Shown here: in pieces, positions 26,734 through 36,882 of the stretch | How the letters are laid out: each line of letters begins with the position of its first letter | Numbering within the stretch: position 1 is the stretch's first letter | Assembly: GCA_050257455.1 (NCBI GenBank) | Contig: JBLMWX010000036.1 | Span: forward strand, 1 to 52,746 | DNA length: 52,746 bases | DNA from: Gemmatimonadota bacterium | Lineage (GTDB): Bacteria; Desulfobacterota; Deferrimicrobia; Deferrimicrobiales; Deferrimicrobiaceae | Direction of reading: 5' to 3' | Notes under the pieces: generated by a model | What the model was told of the DNA's origin: nothing | Databases searched by the model: none | The model's input: the letters and a program-made list of their open reading frames with translations, nothing else | Translations under genes and position numbers: made by a program

Positions 26734-27942
26734 TTGGGAAACGTGGAGAAGGTGGTGCTCGCGTATTCGGGCGGTCTTGACACGTCCGTGATCCTGCGGT
26801 GGCTCATCGAGACGTACGATTGCGAGGTCGTCGCGTTCGTGGCGGACCTCGGCCAGGGCGAGGAGCTCGGGCCGGTCCGCGCCAAGGCGAAGAGGACGGG
26901 TGCCTCGAAGGTGTACGTGGAGAACGTGCAGGACGAGTTCGTCCGGGATTTCATCTTCCCGGCGCTGATGGCGAACGCGGTCTACGAGGGGCAGTACCTC
27001 CTCGGGACGTCGATCGCGCGCCCCCTGATCGCGAAGAAGCAGATCGAGGTCGTGCGCAGGGAGAAGGCCGACGCGGTGTCGCACGGCTCCACCGGGAAGG
27101 GGAACGACCAGGTCCGGTTCGAGCTCACCTACTACGCCCTGATGCCGGGCATCCGCGTCATCACGCCGTGGCGCGAATGGGACTTCGCGTCGCGTACCGA
27201 CCTCGTGAACTACGCGAAGCGGCACGGAATCCCGACGCCGGTTACCGCGTCCAAGCCGTACTCGAGCGACCGGAACCTCATGCACATCAGCTTCGAGGGC
27301 GGCATCCTCGAGGACCCGGGCGCCGAGCCCCCGAAGGACATGTTCGTCCTGACGCGGTCGCCGGAGAAGGCGCCGGACCGGCCGCAGTACGTCGAGGTCG
27401 ACTTCGTCAGGGGGATCCCGGTCGCGGTCGACGGGAAGAAGATGGGGCCGGCGAAGCTCCTGGGGCATCTCAACCGGATCGGCGGCGTCCACGGGATCGG
27501 CCGGGTGGACCTCGTGGAGAACCGGTACGTGGGGATCAAGTCGCGCGGGGTCTACGAGACCCCCGGCGGGACGATTCTCCATGCCGCGCACCGGGCGGTG
27601 GAGTCGATCACCCTCGACCGGGAAGTCATGCACCTCCGGGATTCGCTGGTCCCGAAGTTCGCCGAGCTCATCTATTACGGCTACTGGTACTCCCCGGAGA
27701 TGGACGTGCTCAAGGGGATGGTCGAGAAGACGCAGGAGAACGTGACGGGCACGGCCCGGCTCAAGCTCTACAAGGGGAACTGCATCGTCGCGGGCCGCAG
27801 GAGCCCGGTGTCGCTCTACCGGACCGATTTCGCGACCTTCGAGAAGGAGACGGTGTTCAACCAGCGCGACGCGGAAGGGTTCGTGAAGATCAACGCGCTG
27901 CGCCTGAAGATCCGGGCGATGCTCAAGGGCAGGAGGGGGTGA
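26734..27942 (+). CDS. argG: Argininosuccinate synthase
   Basis: TTG start 6 nt after GGAGGAG. The motif AYSGGLDTS is present. Confidence 0.9.
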   Translation: MGNVEKVVLAYSGGLDTSVILRWLIETYDCEVVAFVADLGQGEELGPVRAKAKRTGASKVYVENVQDEFVRDFIFPALMANAVYEGQYLLGTSIARPLIAKKQIEVVRREKADAVSHGSTGKGNDQVRFELTYYALMPGIRVITPWREWDFASRTDLVNYAKRHGIPTPVTASKPYSSDRNLMHISFEGGILEDPGAEPPKDMFVLTRSPEKAPDRPQYVEVDFVRGIPVAVDGKKMGPAKLLGHLNRIGGVHGIGRVDLVENRYVGIKSRGVYETPGGTILHAAHRAVESITLDREVMHLRDSLVPKFAELIYYGYWYSPEMDVLKGMVEKTQENVTGTARLKLYKGNCIVAGRRSPVSLYRTDFATFEKETVFNQRDAEGFVKINALRLKIRAMLKGRRG

Positions 27943-27943
27943 C

Positions 27944-29317
27944 ATGGCGCGGGAGAAGGCATGGGGCGGGCGATTCTCCGGGCAGACGGACGCGTTCGTG
28001 GAGGAGTTCACCGCCTCCATCCCGTTCGACATCCTGCTCTACCGGCACGACATCGCGGGGAGCATCGCCCACGCCAGGATGCTCGGCCGGCAGAAGATCA
28101 TCCCGAAGTCCGAGGCGGACCGGATCGTCGCGGCGCTCGAGGAGATCCGCGGGGAGATCGAGTCGGGCAAGCTCGCCTTCGAGCTCGCCCAGGAAGACAT
28201 CCACATGGCCGTCGAGCAGCGGCTCGTCAAGAAGATCGGGAAGGCCGGGGGCCGCCTCCACACCGGCCGGAGCCGGAACGACCAGGTCGCCCTGGACCTG
28301 CGGCTCTACCTTCGCGACGAGATCGACGCGATCCTCGCGCTCTTCGCCAAGCTCCGGGAGCGACTCCGGCGGCGGGCCGAGGATCTGTTCGGGGTCGTGA
28401 TGCCGGGCTACACGCACGTGCAGCGGGCGCAGCCGGTCCTCTTTTCGCACCACCTCCTCGCGTACCGGGAGATGTTCGCGCGCGACGAGGAGCGGTTCCG
28501 CGAGGCGCGGCGGCGCGCGAACGTCTCGCCGCTCGGGGCCGGGGCCCTGGCGGGAACCACCTTCCCGCTCGACCGGGAGTCGGTCGCGCGGGAGCTCGGC
28601 ATGGACGGCGTCTGCGAGAACAGCATCGACGCCGTCTCCGACCGCGACTTCGCCGCGGATTTCCTGTTCGCGTGCGCGGTCGCGATGATGCACCTGTCGC
28701 GCCTCGCCGAGGAGATGGTCTACTGGTCCTCCTCCGAGTTCGGCTTCCTGTCCCTGCCGGACGCCCTGTGCACCGGAAGCAGCATCATGCCGCAGAAGAA
28801 GAATCCCGACGTGGCGGAGCTGATCCGCGGGAAGACGGGACGGGCGTACGGCAACCTGATGAACCTGCTGGCCGTGATGAAGGGTCTTCCCCTCGCCTAC
28901 AACAGGGACCTGCAGGAGGACAAGGAGCCGGTCTTCGACTCGGCGCGCACGGTGAAGGAGTCCCTGATCGGCGCGGCGCTTCTGGTCGACGGGATGACCG
29001 CGAACGAGGAGCGGATGAGGGCCGCCTGCGACGACGGTTTTCTCACGGCCACCGACCTTGCCGACTACCTCGCCCGCAAGGGGATTCCGTTCCGCAGGGC
29101 GCACGCGATCACGGGGCGGATCGTCCGCTACTGCGAGGAGAACGGGAAGCGGCTGAAGGACCTGAGCCTCAAGGAGTTCCGCGCCTTTTCCCCGAAGATC
29201 GGCGAGGACGTGCGCGACGCCGTCTCGCTCACGCACGCGGTCCGTCTCCGGGCCACGCGCGGCGGAACCGGGCCGGACCGCGTCAGGGAGCGGCTCGAGG
29301 AGCTCAAGAAGACATGA
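27944..29317 (+). CDS. argH: Argininosuccinate lyase
   Basis: 457 aa with the fumarate-lyase signature GSSIMPQKKNPD. Confidence 0.9.
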   Translation: MAREKAWGGRFSGQTDAFVEEFTASIPFDILLYRHDIAGSIAHARMLGRQKIIPKSEADRIVAALEEIRGEIESGKLAFELAQEDIHMAVEQRLVKKIGKAGGRLHTGRSRNDQVALDLRLYLRDEIDAILALFAKLRERLRRRAEDLFGVVMPGYTHVQRAQPVLFSHHLLAYREMFARDEERFREARRRANVSPLGAGALAGTTFPLDRESVARELGMDGVCENSIDAVSDRDFAADFLFACAVAMMHLSRLAEEMVYWSSSEFGFLSLPDALCTGSSIMPQKKNPDVAELIRGKTGRAYGNLMNLLAVMKGLPLAYNRDLQEDKEPVFDSARTVKESLIGAALLVDGMTANEERMRAACDDGFLTATDLADYLARKGIPFRRAHAITGRIVRYCEENGKRLKDLSLKEFRAFSPKIGEDVRDAVSLTHAVRLRATRGGTGPDRVRERLEELKKT

Positions 29318-29445
29318 GGGCGGGCGTCGTCGTCGTGCTCGCGGTGCTCGTCGCGCTCGCGGCCTGCGGGTGCGGCCGCAAGGCGAAGCCCGAGCCCCTG
29401 TGGGGAGCCGCCCGGCTCGCCGCCATAACGGCCCGGTCGAGGTGA
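29314..29445 (+). CDS. Small lipoprotein (43 aa), LptM/YifL-like by size, lipobox and position before lysA
   Basis: An ATGA overlap joins it to the argH stop. The sequence is [28 protein letters not shown]..., with lipobox LAAC. It is not listed separately in the ORF track, being buried in a long alternative-frame ORF. Confidence 0.5.
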   Translation: MRAGVVVVLAVLVALAACGCGRKAKPEPLWGAARLAAITARSR

Positions 29446-29449
29446 ACCG

Positions 29450-30742
29450 ATGCACCATTTCGAAATGCGGCACGGGGAGATGCACTGCGAGGGGGTGCCG
29501 CTGCGGCGCATCGCGGAAGCGGTCGGCACTCCGGCCTACGTATACAGCCACGCCACGCTCTCCCACCATTACGGCGTCTTCGACGCCGCGTTCGCGGCCA
29601 TGCCGCACCTGATCTGCTATTCCGTGAAGGCGAACCCCAACGGTTCCGTGATCCGGACGTTCACGAACATGGGGAGCGGCGCCGACATCGTATCGGGCGG
29701 CGAGCTTCTTCGCGCGCTCTCCTCGGGGGCGCCCCCGGAGAAGATCGTCTATTCCGGCGTCGGGAAGCAGGCCTGGGAGATCGAGGAGGCGCTGCGCCGC
29801 GGGATCCTGATGTTCAACGTGGAATCCCGGGAGGAGCTGGAGACGATCGACGCGATCGCGGGCCGGCTGAGGCGGAAGGCCCCCATCGCCATCCGGGTGA
29901 ACCCGGACGTGGACCCGAAGACGCACCCCTACATCTCCACCGGCCTGAAGAAGAACAAGTTCGGGATCCACGTCGACGAGGCGGTCAGGGACTACGAGTG
30001 GGCCGCGCGACGGCGTCACATCGAGGTGGTCGGCGTCGACTGCCACATCGGCTCGCAGCTCACCGAGGTGTCTCCCTTCGTGGACGCGGCGGCGCGCGTG
30101 CGCGCCCTGGTCGACCGGCTGCTCCGGAAAGGGATGCCCGTCCGGTACGTCGACGTCGGCGGCGGGCTCGGGATCACCTACAGCGACGAGCTGCCGCCGC
30201 GGCCCGGGCAGTACGCCGACGCGATCATCCGCGCGTTCTCCGGCCTCGACGTCACGCTCGTGCTGGAGCCCGGGCGGGTCCTCGTCGGCAACGCGGGCGT
30301 CCTCCTCGCGCGCGTCCTCTACACCAAGACCGCCCCGGCGCCGGCGGGCGCGGGTCCGAAGAGATTCGTGATCGTCGACGCCGCGATGAACGACCTGGCG
30401 CGGCCGTCCCTGTACGGCTCCTACCACGCCATCGCGCCCGCGGCGAGGCGCGCCCGGAGGAAGATCGTCGCGGACGTGGTCGGGCCGATCTGCGAGTCGG
30501 GAGATTTCCTCGCGAGGGACCGCGAGCTGCCCGCGCTCGCTTCGGGCGACCTGATCGCGGTGATGAGCGCCGGCGCGTACGGATTCTCGATGTCGTCGAC
30601 CTACAATTCGCGCCCGCGGGCCGCGGAGGTGATGGTTTCCGGAAGCCGCTTCGAGGTGGTGCGGGAGCGCGAGACGCTGCGCGACCTGACGCGCGGGGAA
30701 CGGACGGCGTCCTTTCTCGACCGGCGGCGTCGGCGCCGCTGA
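29450..30742 (+). CDS. lysA: Diaminopimelate decarboxylase
   Basis: 430 aa with YSVKANPN (the PLP lysine), VGGGLGI and CESGD. Confidence 0.9.
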   Translation: MHHFEMRHGEMHCEGVPLRRIAEAVGTPAYVYSHATLSHHYGVFDAAFAAMPHLICYSVKANPNGSVIRTFTNMGSGADIVSGGELLRALSSGAPPEKIVYSGVGKQAWEIEEALRRGILMFNVESREELETIDAIAGRLRRKAPIAIRVNPDVDPKTHPYISTGLKKNKFGIHVDEAVRDYEWAARRRHIEVVGVDCHIGSQLTEVSPFVDAAARVRALVDRLLRKGMPVRYVDVGGGLGITYSDELPPRPGQYADAIIRAFSGLDVTLVLEPGRVLVGNAGVLLARVLYTKTAPAPAGAGPKRFVIVDAAMNDLARPSLYGSYHAIAPAARRARRKIVADVVGPICESGDFLARDRELPALASGDLIAVMSAGAYGFSMSSTYNSRPRAAEVMVSGSRFEVVRERETLRDLTRGERTASFLDRRRRRR

Positions 30743-30849
30743 AGCCCCGCCCGCCGGGGCCCGCGGCGGGCATGCCGCGCGATTGTTGGAAACGCGCGAG
30801 GCGTCTGTTAACATGACGTGATGTATCTCGCGCAACCGGAGTCCGCCGG

Positions 30850-31677
30850 ATGAAGAAGGGCATCCCGTTCTCGAAGCTGAACGGGAGCGGGAACGACTTC
30901 CTGCTCGTCGACGACCGCGCGGGGGCGATGAAGGGGATCGACCTCCCGGCGTTCGTGAGAAAGGTGTGCGACCGCTCCCGTTCGGTCGGCGCCGACGGGG
31001 CGATCTTCATCGGGACGTCGCGACGGGCGGACTTCCGATGGCGCTTCTTCAACGCCGACGGCTCGGTCGCGGAGATGTGCGGGAACGGCGGCCGGTGCGC
31101 CGCCCGGTTCGCCGCGGAGCGCCGGATCGCCGGACGGCGCCTCGCGTTCGAGACGCTGGCCGGCGTGATCCGCGCCGAGGTCTCCGGGCGCCGCGTCAAG
31201 CTCCAGATGACCCGCCCGCGCGGCCTGGCCCTGGGAAGATCCCTGACGCTGAAGGGCAAGAGGATCGAGTATTCGTTCCTGAACACGGGCGTGCCGCACG
31301 CGGTGCTCTTCGTTCCCGACCTGGAACGGATCGACCTCATGGGAGTCGGCCGCGGCGTCCGGACGCATCGCGTCTTCGCGCCCCGGGGGACGAACGTCGA
31401 CTTCGTGCGCGCGCGGGACGGGAAGGTCGACGTCCGGACCTACGAGCGGGGCGTCGAGGGGGAGACGCTCGCCTGCGGGACGGGCGCCGTGGCGGCCGGG
31501 ATCCTGGCCGCCGCGCACGGGCTTGCCGTTCCCCCGGTACCCGTCCGCACCCGGGGCGGCGAGGTCCTGATCATCCATTTCGATTCCGGCCGGGCGGATT
31601 TCGGGGACGTGTACCTGGAGGGGGACACCTCGTGGTCGTGCGACGGGGTGATGACGGAGGAAGCATACCGCTATTGA
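30850..31677 (+). CDS. dapF: Diaminopimelate epimerase
   Basis: 275 aa with KLNGSGNDFLLVD, MCGNGGRC and the second catalytic Cys in LACGTGAVA. Confidence 0.9.
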   Translation: MKKGIPFSKLNGSGNDFLLVDDRAGAMKGIDLPAFVRKVCDRSRSVGADGAIFIGTSRRADFRWRFFNADGSVAEMCGNGGRCAARFAAERRIAGRRLAFETLAGVIRAEVSGRRVKLQMTRPRGLALGRSLTLKGKRIEYSFLNTGVPHAVLFVPDLERIDLMGVGRGVRTHRVFAPRGTNVDFVRARDGKVDVRTYERGVEGETLACGTGAVAAGILAAAHGLAVPPVPVRTRGGEVLIIHFDSGRADFGDVYLEGDTSWSCDGVMTEEAYRY

Positions 31678-31691
31678 AGGAGGGGGACGCG

Positions 31692-32564
31692 ATGTTCCAC
31701 GGGGCCATCGTCGCGATCGTGACGCCGTTCCGCAACGGGAGGGTGGACGGCCCGGCCTTGAAGAAGCTGGTGGAGTTCCAGATCGCGGGCGGGACGGACG
31801 GGATCGTGCCGTGCGGGACGACGGGGGAATCGCCCACGCTCTCGTACGAGGAGCACGAGCGGGTCATCGACATCGTCGTCGCGGCCGCGGCGGGACGCGT
31901 GCCCGTCATCGCCGGGACCGGCTCGAACAACACGAAAGAGGCGATCGCCCTGACCCGCTACGCGAAGAAGGCGGGCGCCGACGCGGCGCTCGTCATCACG
32001 CCGTATTACAACAAGCCCACCCAGGAGGGGCTGTACCGGCACTTCCGGGCCGTCGCCGGGGCGGCCGACCTCCCGCTCGTCCTCTACAACGTCCCGTCGC
32101 GGACGGGCGTCAACCTGGCGGCCGAGACCGTCGCGCGCCTCGCCGCGATCCCGAACATCGTCGGGGTGAAGGAGGCGTCCGGGAACCTGAACCAGGTCTG
32201 CGACATCCTGCGCCTCGTCCCGAGGACGTTCTGCGTGCTCTCGGGGGACGACGGCCTGTTTTTCCCGATGCTCGCCCTGGGGGCGAAGGGCGTCATCTCG
32301 GTCGCGTCGAACGTGGCGCCGCGCGCCATGGCGGACCTGTATGACTCCTTCGTGCTGGGCGAGATCTCCCGGGCCCGAGAGATCCACTTCCGCCTCTGGC
32401 CGCTCTTCCACGCCCTGTTCGTCGAGACCAATCCCATCCCGGTCAAGACCGGCCTCGCGATGATGAAAAGGATCCGGGACGAGATCCGGCTCCCCCTGTG
32501 CCCGATGTCGGAGTCGAACCGGAAGCTCCTGGCCAAGGTCATCGCCGACCTCAAGCTGTCCTGA
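31692..32564 (+). CDS. dapA: 4-hydroxy-tetrahydrodipicolinate synthase
   Basis: Starts [13 protein letters not shown] within a longer track ORF. Motifs [17 protein letters not shown] and GVKEASG are present. Confidence 0.9.
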   Translation: MFHGAIVAIVTPFRNGRVDGPALKKLVEFQIAGGTDGIVPCGTTGESPTLSYEEHERVIDIVVAAAAGRVPVIAGTGSNNTKEAIALTRYAKKAGADAALVITPYYNKPTQEGLYRHFRAVAGAADLPLVLYNVPSRTGVNLAAETVARLAAIPNIVGVKEASGNLNQVCDILRLVPRTFCVLSGDDGLFFPMLALGAKGVISVASNVAPRAMADLYDSFVLGEISRAREIHFRLWPLFHALFVETNPIPVKTGLAMMKRIRDEIRLPLCPMSESNRKLLAKVIADLKLS

Positions 32565-32580
32565 CGGAGGGGCGGCCACG

Positions 32581-33384
32581 ATGATCCGGGTCGTCGTCTG
32601 CGGCGCGATGGGACGGATGGGGAAGGCGATCCTCGCGGCCCTCAGGGAGCGTCCGGGCGGCCTCGTCCTGGCGGGCGCGGTCGAGGCCGCGGGCCACCCC
32701 GCGCTCGGCGCGGACGCCTTCGAGGCGGCGGGCATCGGGCGGGCGGGCGTGCCGCTCTCGGACGATTTCGGCGGGGCGATCGCCGGGGCCGACGTGGCGA
32801 TCGATTTCACGCACGCGGCCTCGTCCGTGGCCCATGCGCGGGCGGCGGCCGCCGCGGCGAAGGCGATCGTCATCGGGAGCACGGGACTCACCGCGGAACA
32901 GACGGACGCGGTGCGGCGCGCGGCCCGCGACGTACCCTGCGTTCTCTCCCCGAACATGAGCGTCGGGGTCAACCTGATGTTCAGGACGGCGGCCGACATG
33001 GCGCGGGTCCTCGGGGACGACTACGACGTCGAGATCGTCGAGGTCCACCACCGGTTCAAGAAGGACTCGCCCTCCGGCACGGCGGTCAAGCTGGCCGACG
33101 CGGTCGCCGGCGCGCTCGGGAGGCGCATGGAGGACGCGGGGGTCTACGGGCGCCGGGGGATCGTCGGCGAGCGCCCCCGGAAGGAGATCGGCGTGTTCGC
33201 GGTCCGGGCCGGCGACGTGGTCGGGGAGCACACGCTCATCTTCGGAGGGATCGGGGAGCGCCTCGAGATCACGCACCGAGCCCACAGCAGGGACACCTTC
33301 GCGCGCGGCGCGGTCCGCGCGGCGGCGTGGGTGGTCGGAAAGCCGCCGGGGCTTTACGACATGAAGGCGGTCCTGGGACTGTGA
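32581..33384 (+). CDS. dapB: 4-hydroxy-tetrahydrodipicolinate reductase
   Basis: 267 aa with VCGAMGRMG and [15 protein letters not shown]. Confidence 0.9.
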   Translation: MIRVVVCGAMGRMGKAILAALRERPGGLVLAGAVEAAGHPALGADAFEAAGIGRAGVPLSDDFGGAIAGADVAIDFTHAASSVAHARAAAAAAKAIVIGSTGLTAEQTDAVRRAARDVPCVLSPNMSVGVNLMFRTAADMARVLGDDYDVEIVEVHHRFKKDSPSGTAVKLADAVAGALGRRMEDAGVYGRRGIVGERPRKEIGVFAVRAGDVVGEHTLIFGGIGERLEITHRAHSRDTFARGAVRAAAWVVGKPPGLYDMKAVLGL

Positions 33385-34145
33385 AGATCCTCCGGTTCGA
33401 GGACGACGGGCGGACGTCGTACGGGCTGGTGGACCCGGGATCGGGAAGGATCCGGGAGATCGCCGGGGACCCGTTCGACGCGGTCCAGATCACCGGGCGC
33501 GGGCTTTCCGTGGACGACGTGCGCATTCTCGCGCCCGTGACGCCGTCGAAGATCGTCGCGGTCGGGCTCAACTACAGGGACCACGCGCGCGAGATGGGCA
33601 AGCCGATCCCGGAGGAGCCGCTGCTCTTCCTCAAGGCGCCGTCCGCGCTCAACGACCCCGGCGGAGTCATCGTGTATCCCCGCGCGTCGAAACGGGTGGA
33701 CCACGAAGCGGAGCTGGCCGTGGTCATCGGGCGGAAGGCCAAGGACGTGAAGGCGAAGGACGCCCGCACGGCGATCCTCGGGTACACGTGCATCAACGAC
33801 GTGACGGCCCGGGACCTCCAGGCCAGGGACGGGCTCTACGCCCGGGCGAAGGGGTTCGACACCTTTGCCCCGCTCGGACCCTGGATCGAAACCGATCTGG
33901 ATCCCTCGGCCCTGGCCGTCCGGTGCCTCGTGAACGGCCAGGTGCGGCAGGACGGCAACACGCGGGAGATGGCGGCGACCGTCGCGGAGCTCGTCGCGTT
34001 CATCTCCGGCATCATGACCCTTTACCCCGGCGACGTCATCGCCACGGGGACGCCCCCGGGCGTCGGGCCGGTCCAGGTCGGCGACGAGATCCGCGTCGAG
34101 GTGGAGGGAATCGGCGCCCTGACCAACCGCGTCGTCGCGCCGTGA
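33381..34145 (+). CDS. Fumarylacetoacetate hydrolase (FAH) family protein
   Basis: A GTGA overlap joins it to the dapB stop. Motifs [29 protein letters not shown] and TGTPPGVG are present. Confidence 0.8.
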   Translation: MKILRFEDDGRTSYGLVDPGSGRIREIAGDPFDAVQITGRGLSVDDVRILAPVTPSKIVAVGLNYRDHAREMGKPIPEEPLLFLKAPSALNDPGGVIVYPRASKRVDHEAELAVVIGRKAKDVKAKDARTAILGYTCINDVTARDLQARDGLYARAKGFDTFAPLGPWIETDLDPSALAVRCLVNGQVRQDGNTREMAATVAELVAFISGIMTLYPGDVIATGTPPGVGPVQVGDEIRVEVEGIGALTNRVVAP

Positions 34146-34618
34146 TCGACGTCGTCCTGCTTCTCGGGAGCAACGTCGGCAGGCGCGTGAAGCGCCTCCG
34201 GGAGGGCCTCGAGGCGCTGTCGCGGGAAGTCGTCGCAGTCCGCGTGTCCCGGATCTACGCGGGAGCGCCGCGGGAGCGGAGCGGGCAGCCGTGGTTCCTC
34301 AACGTCGCGCTCCTGGGGCGCACGTCCCTTGCGCCGGACGATCTCCTCGGCTTCGTCAAGGGGGTCGAGGCGGCGGCGGGGCGGAAGGCCGGCCCGCGCT
34401 GGGGTCCGCGGGAGCTCGACGTCGACATCATCCTGATGGGAGACCGGGAGGTGCGCGAACCGCACCTGGCGATCCCGCACCCGCGGATGGCGGACCGCCG
34501 GTTCTGCCTGCTCCCGGCATCGGAGATCGCCCCGGAGTTCGCCGTGCCCCCGGCGGGCAGGACAATCCGGGATCTTCTGCTCGCATGCGAAGATCCCCTC
34601 GAGGTGTTCGCGATATGA
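34142..34618 (+). CDS. folK: 2-amino-4-hydroxy-6-hydroxymethyldihydropteridine diphosphokinase
   Basis: A GTGA overlap joins it to the FAH stop. Motifs RWGPRELDVDIIL and IPHPRMADRRFCLLP are present. Confidence 0.85.
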   Translation: MIDVVLLLGSNVGRRVKRLREGLEALSREVVAVRVSRIYAGAPRERSGQPWFLNVALLGRTSLAPDDLLGFVKGVEAAAGRKAGPRWGPRELDVDIILMGDREVREPHLAIPHPRMADRRFCLLPASEIAPEFAVPPAGRTIRDLLLACEDPLEVFAI

Positions 34619-35178
34619 GGAGATGCGTTGTGTGGAAGCTGGCCGCGGTCACGGTCCTCGCGGTCCTGGTCGCGTCGGCAGGATGCCGGAAGAAGGAAGC
34701 GCCCCCGGCGGGCGGCGGCGAGCCGATCAATCTCAACGCGCTGAGCGAGATCGACAACTACAAGGAGATCCTCAGGAAGGACCCGAACAACCTCCAGGCG
34801 ATCATCAACATCGCGAACCTCTATTTCGACACGCGGCAGGACCTGCTCGCGATCGAGAACTACAAGAAGGCGCTCGCCATCGCCCCGGGGAACGTCGACG
34901 TCCGGACCGACCTCGCGGTCTGCTACCGCAGGACCGGCAAGACCGACCAGGCGATCGAGGAACTCAAGAAGGCGATCTCCCTGAACCCCAGGCACGCCCA
35001 GTCGCGGTACAACCTCGGCGTCATCCTCATCCACGACAAGAACGACCCGGAGGGCGGAATCAGGGCCTGGGAGGGACTCCTCGAGAACGTCCCGGATTAC
35101 CCGTACCGCGACAACCTCAAGGCGGAGATCGCGCGCATGCGGGCGATGATCGACTCGATGCGCCCGAAGACGAAGTGA
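34615..35178 (+). CDS. TPR-repeat lipoprotein
   Basis: An ATGA overlap joins it to the folK stop. It has a signal peptide and lipobox (LVASAGC) and about three TPR units (NLYFDTRQDLLAIENYKKALAIAPGN...). Confidence 0.75.
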   Translation: MRRCVVWKLAAVTVLAVLVASAGCRKKEAPPAGGGEPINLNALSEIDNYKEILRKDPNNLQAIINIANLYFDTRQDLLAIENYKKALAIAPGNVDVRTDLAVCYRRTGKTDQAIEELKKAISLNPRHAQSRYNLGVILIHDKNDPEGGIRAWEGLLENVPDYPYRDNLKAEIARMRAMIDSMRPKTK

Positions 35179-35375
35179 AAACATTTTATTTTCCGTTTTC
35201 GGGGTGAGCGCCTCCCGCCGGGCGTTGCCGCCGCATTCCCGCCGTTCTATTGACCGCCCTCCGGCCTTCTGCGACTTAAGTCCCTAAAAAACAAGGAGGT
35301 TGCATTTTTTCGTTGACAGCATTTGTCCGAAATAATATATGTAACGTTGTTTTGTTCGTCCGCGCACTTCCCGAC

Positions 35376-36167
35376 ATGGAGGACAACATGGTCAGGCGCG
35401 ATAAATCGAACTACATCATCCAGTCCGTCTCCCATGCGCTCGACGTGCTCGAGGAATTCCGCGGCGACGTCGACGAGCTCGGCGTCACGGAGCTCAGCAA
35501 GAAGCTGAAGCTCCACAAAAACAACGTTTTCCGCATCCTGGCCACCCTCCAGTCCCGGAACTACATCGAGCAGAACAAGGCGAACGAGAACTACCGGCTG
35601 GGGATCAAGTGCCTGGAGCTCGGGCAGACGTTCATCCAGCAGCGGGGGATGCTGAAGCAGGCCAAGCCGATCCTCCACGAGCTTGCGGAGAAAGCCGGCG
35701 AAACGGCCTACGTTTCCATCCTCCGGGGCAACGACGTCGTCTATCTCGACTCCGTCGAGGCGACGACCACCGTGCGCGTCGTGTCGCGGCTCGGGCTCCA
35801 CATGCCGATCCACGCGACGGCGGCGGGCAAGGCGATCATCACGTACGAGTCCGAGGAGGAGATCCGGAAGCGCTTCAACCGGGAGATGACGCGGTTCACG
35901 CCCAACACCATCACCTCGGTCGACGGACTCCTCGACGCGCTGAAGGCCGCCCGCGAGAAGGGTTTTGCGACCGATCTCGAGGAGTTCGAGGAGGGGCTTC
36001 GGTGCATCGCCGCCCCGATCCGCGACTACACGCGCAAGGTGATCGGTGCCCTGAGCATCTCGGGCCCCGCCCACCGCCTGACCGACGAGAAGATCGAGGC
36101 GGTGATCGGGCCGGAGGTCGTCCGCTGCGGCCAGGACCTCTCGCGGCGTCTCGGCCATCGCGATTAG
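35376..36167 (+). CDS. IclR-family transcriptional regulator
   Basis: The N-terminal wHTH reads IQSVSHALDVLEEF...LGVTELSKKLKLHKNNVFRILATL, followed by a C-terminal IclR effector domain. TTGACA at 35313-35318 lies upstream. The start is ATG 35376 or 35388. Confidence 0.85.
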   Translation: MEDNMVRRDKSNYIIQSVSHALDVLEEFRGDVDELGVTELSKKLKLHKNNVFRILATLQSRNYIEQNKANENYRLGIKCLELGQTFIQQRGMLKQAKPILHELAEKAGETAYVSILRGNDVVYLDSVEATTTVRVVSRLGLHMPIHATAAGKAIITYESEEEIRKRFNREMTRFTPNTITSVDGLLDALKAAREKGFATDLEEFEEGLRCIAAPIRDYTRKVIGALSISGPAHRLTDEKIEAVIGPEVVRCGQDLSRRLGHRD

Positions 36168-36216
36168 CGCGGGCCCCCGGCGCTTGACAGCCGGCCCGCC
36201 GGGTGCTACTGAATAT

Positions 36217-36240
36217 CCTTGAATGACCATTCATTCAAGG
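36217..36240. promoter_or_regulatory. Perfect 10-4-10 palindrome, candidate TetR(FadR-like) operator
   Basis: CCTTGAATGA-ccat-TCATTCAAGG. TTGACA at 36184-36189 lies upstream. The right arm runs into the AAGGAGG ribosome-binding site of the TetR gene. Confidence 0.6.
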
Positions 36241-36249
36241 AGGCCCGGG

Positions 36250-36882
36250 ATGGCCATGCGGGGGCCCCGCGGGGGGGGCGCGGCCAAGAGGGAGCGCATT
36301 CTCCGCGCCGCGATCAGGATCTTCTCCAACAAGGGATTCTTCAACTCCAAGGTGTCCGAGATCGCCCGTGCCGCGGGCGTCGCCGACGGCACCATCTACC
36401 TGTATTTCAGGAACAAGGACGATCTGCTCATCTCCCTGTTCGAGGAGAAGATGGGAGAGATCGTCGCCGACGTCCGTGACCGGGTTGCCGCCGGCGACGG
36501 GCCGCTGGCACGCCTCAGGATCTTCATCGAGAACCACATGGATCTTCTCGTCCGCGAGGCCGGCCTCATCGAGGTCATCCAGGTCGAGTTGCGGCAGAGC
36601 AACAAGTTCATGAAGGAATACGTTCCCCTGAAGTTCCTCGAGTACCTCGACGTCCTGGGCGGCATCCTCGAGGGCGGCAGGAAGGACGGGACGTTCCGGC
36701 CCGACCTCAACGTCAAGACCGCCCGGAGGGCCATTTTCGGCGCGCTGGACGAAATCTCCCTGGCCCACGTCCTCTCCAGGAAGCGGAAGTACGAGCCGGC
36801 GAAGGCGGCCGCCGAAATCTACCGGATTTTCGCGGACGGGCTTCGCGCCCCGGCCCGCGGAGAAGGGGGGGCAGCGACATGA
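36250..36882 (+). CDS. TetR/AcrR-family regulator (fatty-acid-degradation FadR-like by context)
   Basis: The HTH reads ILRAAIRIFSNKGFFNSKVSEIARAAGVADGTIYLYF. I prefer ATG 36250, which is 6 nt after GGAGG, over the track start at 36223, which lies inside the palindrome. Confidence 0.8.
   Translation: MAMRGPRGGGAAKRERILRAAIRIFSNKGFFNSKVSEIARAAGVADGTIYLYFRNKDDLLISLFEEKMGEIVADVRDRVAAGDGPLARLRIFIENHMDLLVREAGLIEVIQVELRQSNKFMKEYVPLKFLEYLDVLGGILEGGRKDGTFRPDLNVKTARRAIFGALDEISLAHVLSRKRKYEPAKAAAEIYRIFADGLRAPARGEGGAAT

Noticed and set aside
30749-30771. An 8-bp GC hairpin after lysA, considered as an intrinsic terminator.
   Set aside because: There is no U-rich tail on either strand. It may be an RNA structure, but I cannot support a terminator call. 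The TTGGAA-17-TAACAT promoter guess for dapF at 30786-30814 is likewise weak.
27923-30835. A 970-aa minus-strand ORF antisense to argH and lysA.
   Set aside because: It has shadow-ORF composition, and the sense genes are unambiguous.
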